The notes under the pieces: model-generated
The model's database searches: none
What the model saw: the letters and a program-made list of their open reading frames with translations, nothing else
What the model was told of the DNA's origin: nothing
Part shown: in pieces, positions 46,843-57,081 of the stretch
Numbering within the stretch: position 1 is the stretch's first letter
Layout of the letters: each line of letters starts with the position of its first letter
Position numbers and translations under genes: made by a program
Origin: Blepharisma stoltei ATCC 30299
Lineage: Eukaryota; Protista; Ciliophora
Reading direction: 5' to 3'
NCBI GenBank assembly: GCA_965603825.1
Contig: CBFDEM010000005.1
Span: forward strand, 682,001 to 746,000
DNA: 64,000 nucleotides

Positions 46843-49800
46843 ATGCATAGGGCAATACCTGTTAGCAACAAGATCCTATCCAAAAAATGGGATGAGCATA
46901 CCAACAAGGTCCACCATGATAAACTAAAAAATATAAGGTCTCAAGTGGATTCTAGCTGTCCAGTTACTTTCGGCCAACTAAAAAGAAAACCGAAAAAGGA
47001 ACAGTTAGTTGAGGATCGGTATACAGAAATTGAAAGAGAAAATAGAATTTTGCTTGAAAAAATGTCCCAGATCATGCAAGGGAAAGGAAGCAGAAGTGAA
47101 AGCAGAAATAAAAAAAGTTTGAACCAAGAAAAAAGGAGAAGAGATTTGGTGCAAATTACCATTGAAAATCATGCAATGCTGAAAAGACTGCAAGATAAGC
47201 AGCCTTCTTATAATGTCCATAGGTGGGAAGAAGAAAGAAAGCAAGTAGAAAAAAGACTGCTAAATATTTGTGAATATCCATACAGATTGGGAGCCACTGA
47301 AGATTTAAGAGGGATTAGAAAATTTTCTCAAGATGGCAGAGGTTCTAATATTTCAACAGGAAGCAGACCTGTCATAAGTGCTAATTCCAGAAAAGGCCCA
47401 AGAAAGCTTTCTCCACTAAACAAAAAAAACCAAAAAACAGTTGTTTACAAAAAAGGAATCAATATTGGGCCTCGATACTTTTTAGTAGAAATGCAGGTTG
47501 GAAGAGGCTCAATATGGATTTTCGCTCATGATGTCGAAAATCCTGAAACTTTCAGCTTAGAGCTACCATACAATGAAGCATTAGAATTGATGGATGGCAA
47601 AGAAAATTGGAATATTTTAGCAGCGTCTTTAAGTCTCGAACAGGGAGAATTAGTATTAATTGATACAAGAGATATTGAAGTTCACAGCGGAAGCCAATAT
47701 TTATTCAGAGAACTAAGTGGCCAAAAATCATTGCATGAGCTCGGAAATACAGCTCAAGTAAAGCCAAGCAGAACTGAAGAAGAATTGCCAAAAGAGCAGT
47801 CTTCAAGGTCATCTAACCCTTTTGATAATTCTAAGTCACGATCTTCAAGATCTATAATAAAAGACAGTCTTACTGAGGAGTCAAAATCCAATAAAAAAAT
47901 ATCAAAAGCTGGCCAAGAATTTGATGGGTATAACTCCTATTCATCAGAAGAACAAAATTTTAAAGATGAAAATCAGTTTAGGACTGAAAAAAGTGAAAAC
48001 CAAGAAAAATCGTCAAAAACTGGCTCAAAAATAAAATTTTCAAGAAAAAACTCATCAAGTGATGAAGGTTCACCTGAAGTCGAAGACAAAGAAATAAACA
48101 CTTCAAGAGGCCCATATATATCAGCTGGAGAGCGGTCTATTATAAGAGAAAACAGCAAAGGGCGAAGATTTAATTCAGAAATGAGATATGACCCAGGATG
48201 GGACCCTACATTTGACGAAAGCAAAGACATGCTTAACAGCCACATTCAGCAAGAATCATTGACGTCTAGAGAAGAGGAAAATTCTTCAATACAAAAATCT
48301 TATAATGAAGGAAATGAGAGTGAAGAAGAAAGTGAGGGTGAAGAAGAAAATGGCAGTGAAGTAGAAGAAAGTGGGGAAATAATGGACGAAAATGAACAAG
48401 AAGAAAGTGGGTTTGTAGAGGAAAATAAATTTAAAGAAAGCAGCAGAATATCAGAAAGTGCAAAATCATTGAAAAGTAAAACTGAAAAAAATGCTTATTA
48501 TGATGAGATTGATAAGAGCCCTGATAAAGGAAGTGATGTGTCTGAGGAGAACGAAGCGGAATTATCAAAAAAGCTAGACGAATTGAAAAGCTACTCTTCT
48601 AATAGAAGTTCTAATTACTTGAATAAACAAAGTGATACACCATTTAAAGAAAATTCTGAGCAAGAAGAAATTGCTATTGAGCAGCGATCTATTCAGAATA
48701 AATCGTCTTCAAGCATTCATTCTCCGCAAGTTAATAAAGAATCGATTTTGAAAGATCAAGAGCAGCCAAGCTATGAAAAGCAGACACCTAAAGACCAAAG
48801 TGTTGCAGAGCTAGGTCCAACTCAGCCAGAACACTATTATGAATCAGAGTTATCTTCAATTCCACAGCCATCTAATGAAACAGGGTTTATGGAAGAAGAA
48901 AAATCAAATCAACAGGTGATCAGTGCTGAAGGCTATATGGGAGAAAATGAAAACAGCAATGAAGAGGACTCAAATGTATCAAATAGCTCACAGCATGAAA
49001 TCCAAGTCAAAGAGCCTACTAATTTTAGCATGAATCATGAAATAATGTCAGAAAGCTCAAAGGAAACAAACCAAAAATCTCCAGATCAGAACTTAATCCC
49101 ATTTAACGAGCATGATGTGATACAACACAAGAGCCACTTTGAAGATATAAGCTCTATTCAGCATGAAATGAACCATGAAAGCAGCTCAAACCAAATAATC
49201 AGCGGAGAGATATATGTGAATGAAGCTGAAAAAGTTCCAGAAAATCACCATAGCCAAATTATGGACTCTCAAAATGAAATTAATTTTGAGTCTTTAAAAG
49301 TGAATGAGCTTCAAATGGAAAATGAAGCTGCAGAAGAATTAAAAGAAAATGAACTCCAAGTAGAAAACGAAGCTGCAGAAGTCTTAAAAGAAAATGAACT
49401 CCAAGTAGAAAATGAAGAATCCTTCAAAGAAAATGAACTTGAAATAGAAAATGAAGCCCAGCAGTTCTTAAAGGAAAGTGAGCATCAAGATAGCTTGAAA
49501 ACAGAAAATGAGCATCATGAAAGCTTGCAAGTGGAAAATGAAGAAATAGCAGAACCTTCAATTGAACATCAGGAGAATTCGCTAAAAGAACCTGAAGAAT
49601 TAGCAGGGCATCAGGAGAATTTGCAAATTGAAAATGAAGAATCAGCAGAGCTATCAATGGAGCATCAGAAGAATTCGCAAATTGAAAAGGAAGAATTAGC
49701 AGAGCTATCAATGGTTCATCAGGAGAATTTGCAAATTGAAAATGGAGAGCTAGCAGAATCTTCAATGAAAGGCCAGGAAAGTTTTCAAATGGAAAATGAA

Positions 49801-50487
49801 AGATTAGCAGAGCCTTCAATGGAGCATCAAGAGAATTTGCAGATTGAAAACGAAGTTGAATTTGAGCCTCTGCAAGAAAAACCCAATCAGGAAAGTTTCC
49901 AAATGGAAAACGAAGTATACGAGGAGTCTTCAAAACAAATTAACCATTTCTATTCTCCAAAACTAGAAAAGCCAGAAGAGCAGCACAGCCAAAATGGAAA
50001 AATGACCCAACAAGAGCTTGAGCCTTCCCTACAAAATATTTCTCAAAATGAAGCCAATTTAATCAACTTACTCGGCGAGCCTAAACCTCACCAAGAGCTA
50101 AATTCAAGCTTGCTTAATGAATCTTTTGAGCGCTCTGAAGCCACCCCTATCCTCAAAAATCCTGAAACAAATGAATCAGACTTCGAGATCAATGCCGAAG
50201 TCAATATGATTGCAGAGCACAAAAAGAAATCCGGCTACGTCGACTCTGTGCTGCCTCCTGAGCATCCAAGCCATTTATTAAGTGCCAACACCATTCTCGG
50301 ATCCCCTATAAATAGAGAAGTCGGCATTTCTACTCAACTAATGATGGCTTCAGACTACGAAAACCTCGAAAACATCGCAGAAGAGCCTGAAAACTTATTA
50401 GTAGGCCAAAGCCTGCACCCTGAAAACTTTGAAATTTCAAATGAAGCAATTGCTGATAAATCCCATGAGGAAGATAAATTAACCTAA
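46843..50487 (+). CDS. CFAP97/KIAA1430 (hemingway)-domain protein with long acidic repeat tail, 1214 aa
   Basis: N-terminal MHRAIP..NKIL..KW..H..KL..VD..P..KKEQ..RYTEIERENRILLEKM..SLN..I..EN..LKRL..Y..W. Confidence 0.8.
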   Translation: MHRAIPVSNKILSKKWDEHTNKVHHDKLKNIRSQVDSSCPVTFGQLKRKPKKEQLVEDRYTEIERENRILLEKMSQIMQGKGSRSESRNKKSLNQEKRRRDLVQITIENHAMLKRLQDKQPSYNVHRWEEERKQVEKRLLNICEYPYRLGATEDLRGIRKFSQDGRGSNISTGSRPVISANSRKGPRKLSPLNKKNQKTVVYKKGINIGPRYFLVEMQVGRGSIWIFAHDVENPETFSLELPYNEALELMDGKENWNILAASLSLEQGELVLIDTRDIEVHSGSQYLFRELSGQKSLHELGNTAQVKPSRTEEELPKEQSSRSSNPFDNSKSRSSRSIIKDSLTEESKSNKKISKAGQEFDGYNSYSSEEQNFKDENQFRTEKSENQEKSSKTGSKIKFSRKNSSSDEGSPEVEDKEINTSRGPYISAGERSIIRENSKGRRFNSEMRYDPGWDPTFDESKDMLNSHIQQESLTSREEENSSIQKSYNEGNESEEESEGEEENGSEVEESGEIMDENEQEESGFVEENKFKESSRISESAKSLKSKTEKNAYYDEIDKSPDKGSDVSEENEAELSKKLDELKSYSSNRSSNYLNKQSDTPFKENSEQEEIAIEQRSIQNKSSSSIHSPQVNKESILKDQEQPSYEKQTPKDQSVAELGPTQPEHYYESELSSIPQPSNETGFMEEEKSNQQVISAEGYMGENENSNEEDSNVSNSSQHEIQVKEPTNFSMNHEIMSESSKETNQKSPDQNLIPFNEHDVIQHKSHFEDISSIQHEMNHESSSNQIISGEIYVNEAEKVPENHHSQIMDSQNEINFESLKVNELQMENEAAEELKENELQVENEAAEVLKENELQVENEESFKENELEIENEAQQFLKESEHQDSLKTENEHHESLQVENEEIAEPSIEHQENSLKEPEELAGHQENLQIENEESAELSMEHQKNSQIEKEELAELSMVHQENLQIENGELAESSMKGQESFQMENERLAEPSMEHQENLQIENEVEFEPLQEKPNQESFQMENEVYEESSKQINHFYSPKLEKPEEQHSQNGKMTQQELEPSLQNISQNEANLINLLGEPKPHQELNSSLLNESFERSEATPILKNPETNESDFEINAEVNMIAEHKKKSGYVDSVLPPEHPSHLLSANTILGSPINREVGISTQLMMASDYENLENIAEEPENLLVGQSLHPENFEISNEAIADKSHEEDKLT
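49294..49935 (+). repeat. Coding tandem repeats: ~4 x 45 nt (LKENELQVENEAAEV) then ~7 x ~54 nt (HQENLQIENEELAEPSME)
   Basis: Visible at DNA level, e.g. aaagaaaatgaactccaagtagaaaa twice and catcaggagaatttgcaaattgaaaatg repeated. Confidence 0.85.
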
Positions 50488-50495
50488 AAGAAATT

Positions 50496-50900
50496 TTATT
50501 CTCCTTCAGCCAATAAAGCTTGAAATGACGGCTGCAGTGACAATTTGACCCTATTTGCAGTTTCTATTAGTTTCCCTATTTCTCCTTGGCCTTGTATGCA
50601 GAGACACATCATTCCGAGGCTTGTTGCGATAATTCTTCCAGCTTCTGCTTCAATAATCATTAAATTTAATTCGTCTTCTTCTGCTTGGCCTCCAGCTTCG
50701 CTTGATGGGGCGTTTGCTTCGTAATCACACCAAATAGTTGACGCGATTGCTCCTGAAGTTTTTACATTATCTTGGTCATTTGCGGAGGCTAATAAGGCTC
50801 CTTCTTTGTTAACTAAGCTGAATAATAGTTACAAAATGTTATCAACTCCTTGACTTAAAGCGTTTTGAAGGGTTTGGGTAAGAGCCTTTGCGTTAAGCAT
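50496..50900 (-). CDS. LAMTOR2: Ragulator subunit LAMTOR2 (roadblock fold), 1 intron, 129 aa; missing from the ORF track
   Basis: Manual translation MLNAKALTQTLQNALSQGVDNI|FLVNKEGALLASA..GAIASTIWCDY matches the LAMTOR2 pattern ML.PKALTQ.L..A..GV...LL..EG.LLA..AAIASNIW. Confidence 0.88.
50818..50832 (-). other. 15-nt intron GTAACTATTATTCAG
   Basis: Removes an in-frame TAA in LAMTOR2. Confidence 0.85.
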
Positions 50901-50922
50901 GTTGATTTTTATTATAATTACA

Positions 50923-52419
50923 ATGGAAGGAGGTTATATGGCAAAGTCAGAACGCTTGAAGCTAGCTCAAGAAGTGAGGAATACCCATTTTTCAATGGGT
51001 AACAGAGGCCCAGATTTTAATTCAACTTCTCATGAAAGCTATCCTAAGCAAAATTTTGAAATAAGTAAAGTGGATAAAAACCATGTCAAAGACATAAAAA
51101 GTTCACATTTTCAGTTAGGAGATGCTTTGCACCCTGGAGTTATGAAAACAGAAACTAAAGATAACTACAAACATTTTCAAAATGTAGATAGCGTCGATGT
51201 AAAAGCGATCAAAGACGTGCTCAGTAATTCTCATTTTACACTAGGAAACAACCCATCTATTTTTGCAACTACTTCATCTATGTATAAGCAGTACCCAAAA
51301 GATAATGGAGATCGGAATATTCAAAGAGCGGAAAGTGAAAAGCAGCTGAGGCAGCACAATTTTAAGTTCGGCACAGACAGTGAAACTAAAGAGTCAATTT
51401 TCAGGTCTGATTATTCACCTAAATCTGTCAGCAAAATAAGTGATTCAAACTTATCTTCGCTAAAAAAAGAACTCAGGGCTTCCCATTTTCAGGTAGGCTC
51501 TAATGAAACTTCTTATCTAAGCACAGCCCAAAAAGACTTTGGGCCTAAACCCCGATGCAAGTCTGAAATAAGCAAAGGTATCAGCAACGACCAAAAAAAA
51601 GAACATTTTCAATTAGGGGTCGAAAAATATGGACTTTCCTCTACCTCACAGCTTTACTTTAACCACAAAGAAGCCCCAAAACAAACTTTAAATCAAGAAA
51701 ATCTTCAAGATTTAAGAGTCCACCATTTTTCATTAGGAAACGAAAAACCATTATATTCTGTCACTTCTCATTCTACATTTAAGGCAAAAGACCTAAATGA
51801 GTTAACTGGCTCTCAAAGTTTGGCGTATTTGAAAAAAGACCATATGAAATTTGGCAATGATCCTTCTCATTTTAAAACTGTTTATAATTCAACCCATTAT
51901 GAGCTTCCGCCTGATGAAAAAAATATAGCAAGAGATAGACTTTCTGATTGCCAGTCACATATAAATCTTGGTTCTGACCCTGTTGTAGCACAAAGTATCA
52001 ATAAATTGACTTTTCAGCCTAATTATGGAGCATCCCCTGGAAATTTAGACCCAAAATTAGCAAAAGAGCTGAGGAGTCACCATTTCCATTTAGGAATTGA
52101 TAAAGATATATTTAAAACTACGTCAAGCCTGTATGGGATTGGAAAAGGAGAGCATGCTAGGATTGATAAAGATAAAGTCAGCGACCTAAGGCAAGCTCAT
52201 TTTGCCTATGGGTCAGATGCGCCTCAATTTGTATCAACCACTATGAAAGATTATAAAGCAAGTCCGCAGAAAAATTCAATTTTGCATAAGAACTTAGCAA
52301 AACAATTAGGAGACCATAATTTTGTTATGGGAGAAGAATCTGGGGATTGGAACACAATTCATAAAAGCTCGTTTAAATGGATAAAGCCGGTGCCGAGTGT
52401 GAAATTTCATCAATGATAA
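50923..52419 (+). CDS. Axonemal microtubule-inner-protein-like repeat protein (SAXO5/TEX45-like, LRxxHFxLG repeats)
   Basis: About 12 repeats of (D/E)LRxxHFxLG...(S/T)T...(Y/F); ends CAA TGA TAA. Confidence 0.65.
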
Positions 52420-52501
52420 TTTAAGTAAAAGTTGAAATAAATTGTTGCACTATGAGAATTAATTTAAAAGCCTGCGAGTTATGTGATAAGAAATATAAAA
52501 T

Positions 52502-53290
52502 ATGTCTGGGCCGTTTTCTGCACTTGTAAGCGACGCTATTTCTGCATTAGAATTAAACCCCACTGATTCTCGAACTGTCTCAAAAGTAGACATCCAAAGA
52601 ATTGCAGATTTAATTGGAAAAGAAATAAATGACGAAGCAATTGAAGACTGCTTGCAATATCTCTACTCTAAAAAAAGCATTGGGTCTGGATTTAAGTCTA
52701 AATACTTAATAAACTGGTTCGCAAAACACTACGGTGAAATTTCCTCCTCACAAAGCCCAGTTTCTTATCAGTTCCAAGACAGACAATCCCAAGTCCACAA
52801 ATCAGTTACCAACCGATCTCCAAAAGTGCCTCAAAACAACACAGGAAATCCCGTTAAAGACGCTTGCAACAATTTAATCCAATACCTTGAAAGCCTAGAA
52901 GACCCTGACTCTTCCTTTATTGCTGATGACCAAAATATAAAAAAGTTGATAACAGAATGCTTGACACAATTTGAAAGAAAACCAAAGGCCAGGCAAGCTT
53001 TGCAAAAGGCTTATGAGCTAGTAGAAGAAAATTATAGAAGTGAGCAAGCTAAAAAAGGAGAAGAATTTTCAAACTTGTCAAAAATAAGGCTGCAGACAAC
53101 TAAAAATAATAGAGTTTCGAAGCTACAGAAGGATGTTGATTTTTTGATGAAAAATCAACCGAATTCAAATATTGGGTCGGGGATTTATTTTTTGCTGAGC
53201 CCTGATTGGAATGCTAAACCGAAGCCTCCAACTTCGCTATTGAGGCCAGCACATAATAAAAGGTTAAAAGAGCTTCTTCAGGAGCCATAG
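52502..53290 (+). CDS. Hypothetical protein (262 aa)
   Basis: Uninterrupted ATG..TAG ORF; no recognised domain. Confidence 0.65.
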   Translation: MSGPFSALVSDAISALELNPTDSRTVSKVDIQRIADLIGKEINDEAIEDCLQYLYSKKSIGSGFKSKYLINWFAKHYGEISSSQSPVSYQFQDRQSQVHKSVTNRSPKVPQNNTGNPVKDACNNLIQYLESLEDPDSSFIADDQNIKKLITECLTQFERKPKARQALQKAYELVEENYRSEQAKKGEEFSNLSKIRLQTTKNNRVSKLQKDVDFLMKNQPNSNIGSGIYFLLSPDWNAKPKPPTSLLRPAHNKRLKELLQEP

Positions 53291-53963
53291 TTGTGATCTT
53301 TTAAATATTATAATATTGAATTTTATTATATGTCTGCAAGATTGCTATAATTGCAAGGCTTGATGCAAAATATGCATTGTAATTGTAGTGCTTTAGAACT
53401 TAAATTATAAATAATCCATTTTAAGTATGATATATAAAATAAACAACAGCTCAAAAATTCCTATTTTAGGAAAATTTGGAGATTGCTGGAGAACTTCATT
53501 TTCATAATAAGATAATATTTAAATGATATTAATTAATTGAACGCTTAATTAGTCCATAAGCTAAAAGCGTTCTTTCTTGAATAATATCATGATAAATCAG
53601 CTGAGTAAAATGCCTTTTATAGAATGCCTCGCAGCCAGTTACAAGCTCTAATAGTTTTCATGATACTGCCAATAAACCGGCTTTATCCTTGCTTAGTTCT
53701 ATATCGTGAAATTTTTTATCAATTAATTCAATCATTTCGAATCGTACAATAGAGTGGAGAAGCAAATCACATAAATAATTTTTTTTCACAATCTTGGTTG
53801 TATACAAGGAGTTGTTTTAATTTATCCAAAGCTTTATTCTAATTATTCCATTGTATATGGGAAATCATATTTAAGCACTTTCACTGACCTAATTTCATTT
53901 TTTCCTATTATAAAGACCCATCATTTATTTTCCGTGTCCATCAACATTAAATTTAACGGATAA

Positions 53964-54680
53964 ATGGTTAAGGTACACCTTAAGCTAAAAAGTAGTCAAA
54001 ATTCAATAGTAGTTTGCAAGGATAATCTTAGTAAAAAGCGAAGATCATGAACAATTCAAGAAGACGAAGCAATAAAAGACCTTGTGCATCAAATAGGCAC
54101 CCAACAATGGGCTATAGTAGCTGATCGTCTAAACTCAATGTTCGATCTTCCTGGCAGAACAGGCAAACAGTGCCGAGAGCGCTGGCACAACCACTTAAAT
54201 CCATGTGTAAACAAACAAGCCTGAAGCCTAGACGAAGAATTTTTGCTTTTTCAATCCCATCTCTCCCTAGGGAATAAGTGGGCTGAAATTTCAAAATTAT
54301 TACCTGGAAGAACTGACAATTCAATTAAAAATCATTTCTACTCCTCATTAAAAAGACAATACAGGAAGTTAAATGGAATGGACGGGACCAGAGAAGAATT
54401 AAAACAATGTGACGAGTTTTTAACGAGCTGCATTGTATCGTCCATTTTAAAAAGAATTAAACAAAAGCAAAATAAAATACATGAAGTTGAAGCTGAGGAT
54501 AATTTAGCATCAGCCTCAACAACAGAGTATGGGAATTTTACACCTATAGGTGAAGATTTTGACTTAATTGATTATGCAAATTATGAAAATCAGTTTTGTC
54601 AGGAAGAAGAGATGTATGAGGAAGCTTGGGACTTTAAGGATGAAATGCTTATGATGCCATTTGAAATTTTTGAAAACTAA
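53964..54680 (+). CDS. R2R3-type Myb transcription factor, 238 aa
   Basis: RS-W(TGA 54048)-TIQEDE..W..RTGKQCRERWHNHLNP..A-W(TGA 54222)-SLDEE..GNKWAEISKLLPGRTDNSIKNHFY. Confidence 0.92.
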
Positions 54681-54717
54681 TTAATTTAAATGTAATTTGA
54701 ATTTTTATATACGTTAT

Positions 54718-55530
54718 TTACCTACTCGTTAATGGGATACGGCTTTTTGCCCTGAGTTTTTCTATTTCTTTAGCTTTATTGGCATCGAGCTCACTAATAG
54801 TGATCTCGATTTCTTTATTCATGTTTTTCTTCATCTCATCGATAACAAGCTTTATGATTTCATTATTACCCATTTCATTTGTTTCAGAAATCTGCATTGC
54901 GTAGGTATCTTTAATATTTTGCACTCTTTTAAGTCTTTCCATTATGTATTTTTCCATGATTTTTTCAAGGCTCTCTTCGAACTCCCTTAAATCATCCATA
55001 TTTGGTATCCCTCCACAGATATCACTTTCATAAAATAAATCAATACTTCCAGCCCTACTTCTAATTTTATCTCTCCTTTCTTTAACCTTAGTTTCAAGCA
55101 TATCATCTTGTTTTTTTAAATTTTCTTGTATCAGAACTTTAGAATTTAAAGATTCATTGGTATGCTCTTTCATAGCATTTTCGACCCCTCGAAGTTCTGT
55201 TAATGTCATAGAATGGCCTGTAAAAGTCCTGATAAGCGGATTTTTCCTTTTTTTTGGCTCATTTGTATACTGAAGAATATTTTTTACATCTTTTCGAAGT
55301 AGCAGGTTCTGCAGTCTTTTTGAGTATGCTTTGTATCTCATATCTTTGATAGACTCATAATATTCGATAGCTTTCTAAATATTTCTTACAGAATAATAAG
55401 TTACGATAGAATTTACGGTCTCTATGTCACAGCTGTTGTCAATTTTCAGTTCAAGTTCTATAATCTCCTCTGCAAAATTTGGGGGTAAATTTTCTTTAAC
55501 TGAAAAAATTGTTCGTTTTCTAGTCGTCAT
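54718..55530 (-). CDS. Hypothetical coiled-coil protein, 1 intron, 265 aa
   Basis: LPPNFAEEIIELE..YYS|KAIEYYES..Y..RLQNLL after removal of intron 55375-55389. Confidence 0.7.
55375..55389 (-). other. 15-nt intron GTAAGAAATATTTAG
   Basis: Removes an in-frame TAG and joins two in-frame ORFs. Confidence 0.85.
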
Positions 55531-55860
55531 ATTTAAATATGTGACAGTTAATTTTATGGAAAATATAGTTTCTTTAGCCAGAGATGAGAAAACTTGAATT
55601 TTTATTGGAGAAATTTGAGATAGTTTATCCTCTTTAATTGTACAATTTTTTAATTCTTTTTTTGAGAAAAACAATCCGTATCTATAATTCATACAAAAGT
55701 AAACTAAAATCATCCACAATTAAAAATAGATACTCACTATAATTGCTATAGATATTTCCGCTATTTTTCTAAATTTTTCTCAGCTTTTCTCTTAATTCAC
55801 ATTAATTATATTCTAATATTTAATTATTCTCTAATCAATTTTTGAAATAAATTCAATCCA

Positions 55861-56604
55861 TTAAACTGATGCTCTTTTTTTAAGCTTCCTCTCATTGGGC
55901 TTCAACGCTACAGGATGAAATGGCACTTCAGGGTTAAATCTCTTCCTATACTCCGTATCTCTCATATTCCCATGCATTTCTTTTACAGGTAGCCACCCAT
56001 GTCCATCAAAAAGTGTCGAATTTTGCACAAACCCTGAAGCTTGAGTTGATGGTCTCTTTGAGCATTCCGTATTTTTCCAGAACCCAGAATTTGTCGACCT
56101 ATAGAGCCTTGGTCTTTCTTTTTCTTGATTCAGAAAAGTGGACCTATAAGTAGTGTCCCAATGATGATTCGCTACATTTGGATGCTCTTTAGGAATAGTT
56201 GCTTGGCCATGGAAATGGGAAACTCTATGATACTCATCGTCAAGCCCTCCTCCAAATTTATATAAAGTTCTGCCTATTGAGGTAGTCGTGAAGGGGCGAT
56301 TTGGAAAATACTGTGTAACTCTTTCAGGAAGGTACTTTTCTCTTGTCAATTGTTCACGGGATACACGTGCGAAGGTCTTGGCAAAGTTGTTATCAGAGAC
56401 TGCTCCTGGGATGTAACCTGCATAGCCAGGGTTTGCAGTTGTTTTGGGAGATAATGGATGCTTTTGAGACATATCGACATAGCTTGTGCGATAGTGATTG
56501 TTGTCGGTTCAGGCTCCGAAGTCAGATTGGTGGACGTCAATTTTTTGCTTTGGAAGGTCTTTAAGAGACTGAGTTTTGTAAGGAGTGTTCAAATTTCCTA
56601 GCAT
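55861..56604 (-). CDS. Ciliary microtubule-inner-protein-like (FAM166/PYG-repeat type), 247 aa
   Basis: PGYAGYIPG motif and short TTYR/TEYR-type motifs; extended upstream through TGA 56509 to ATG 56604. Confidence 0.65.
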
Positions 56605-57081
56605 GCTGTTATTTTTCTATTTATAACCATTAATGAGTTCAAACTTGAGATAGAAAAATTTTGCTCCGCTCAGAAAGTAAAGAGAGACTAAATGATTTGT
56701 TATTTGTACGGATTTTAATTTTAGAAGAAAACCTCCTAAACAAAAAATAAACTGTTTTACTATTTAGGGGTTCCAAGCAGAATCTGCTAAGGAAATTTTT
56801 GAAGGAAATTTTTTAAAAAAGTTTAGAGGTTATTATAGATAATTTATATCTCAAATAATATAATAGAAAATAATTATGCAAGCCAATATCACAATGCTTC
56901 AAATATTTTGTGAAATTTAAAATTTTAATATTTGGAATTTTCTATAAATATTATATTTTTCTAAAGCATCATAATAAATTTATAAAATTAATTCAATTTT
57001 TGCCTCCAAATTTGCTTATTTCATATTTCAATCGTTTGAATAGTTCAAAGGATTCTTAGATTAAATTCATTTACAATAAAA

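Noticed and set aside
49424-49933. 169-aa antisense ORF and other short opposite-strand ORFs in the track
   Set aside because: Shadows of real genes or repeats on the other strand, with no motifs.
9229-56604. Functional clustering of ciliary or endolysosomal genes
   Set aside because: Both classes are abundant in ciliate genomes and are interleaved here with unrelated genes.
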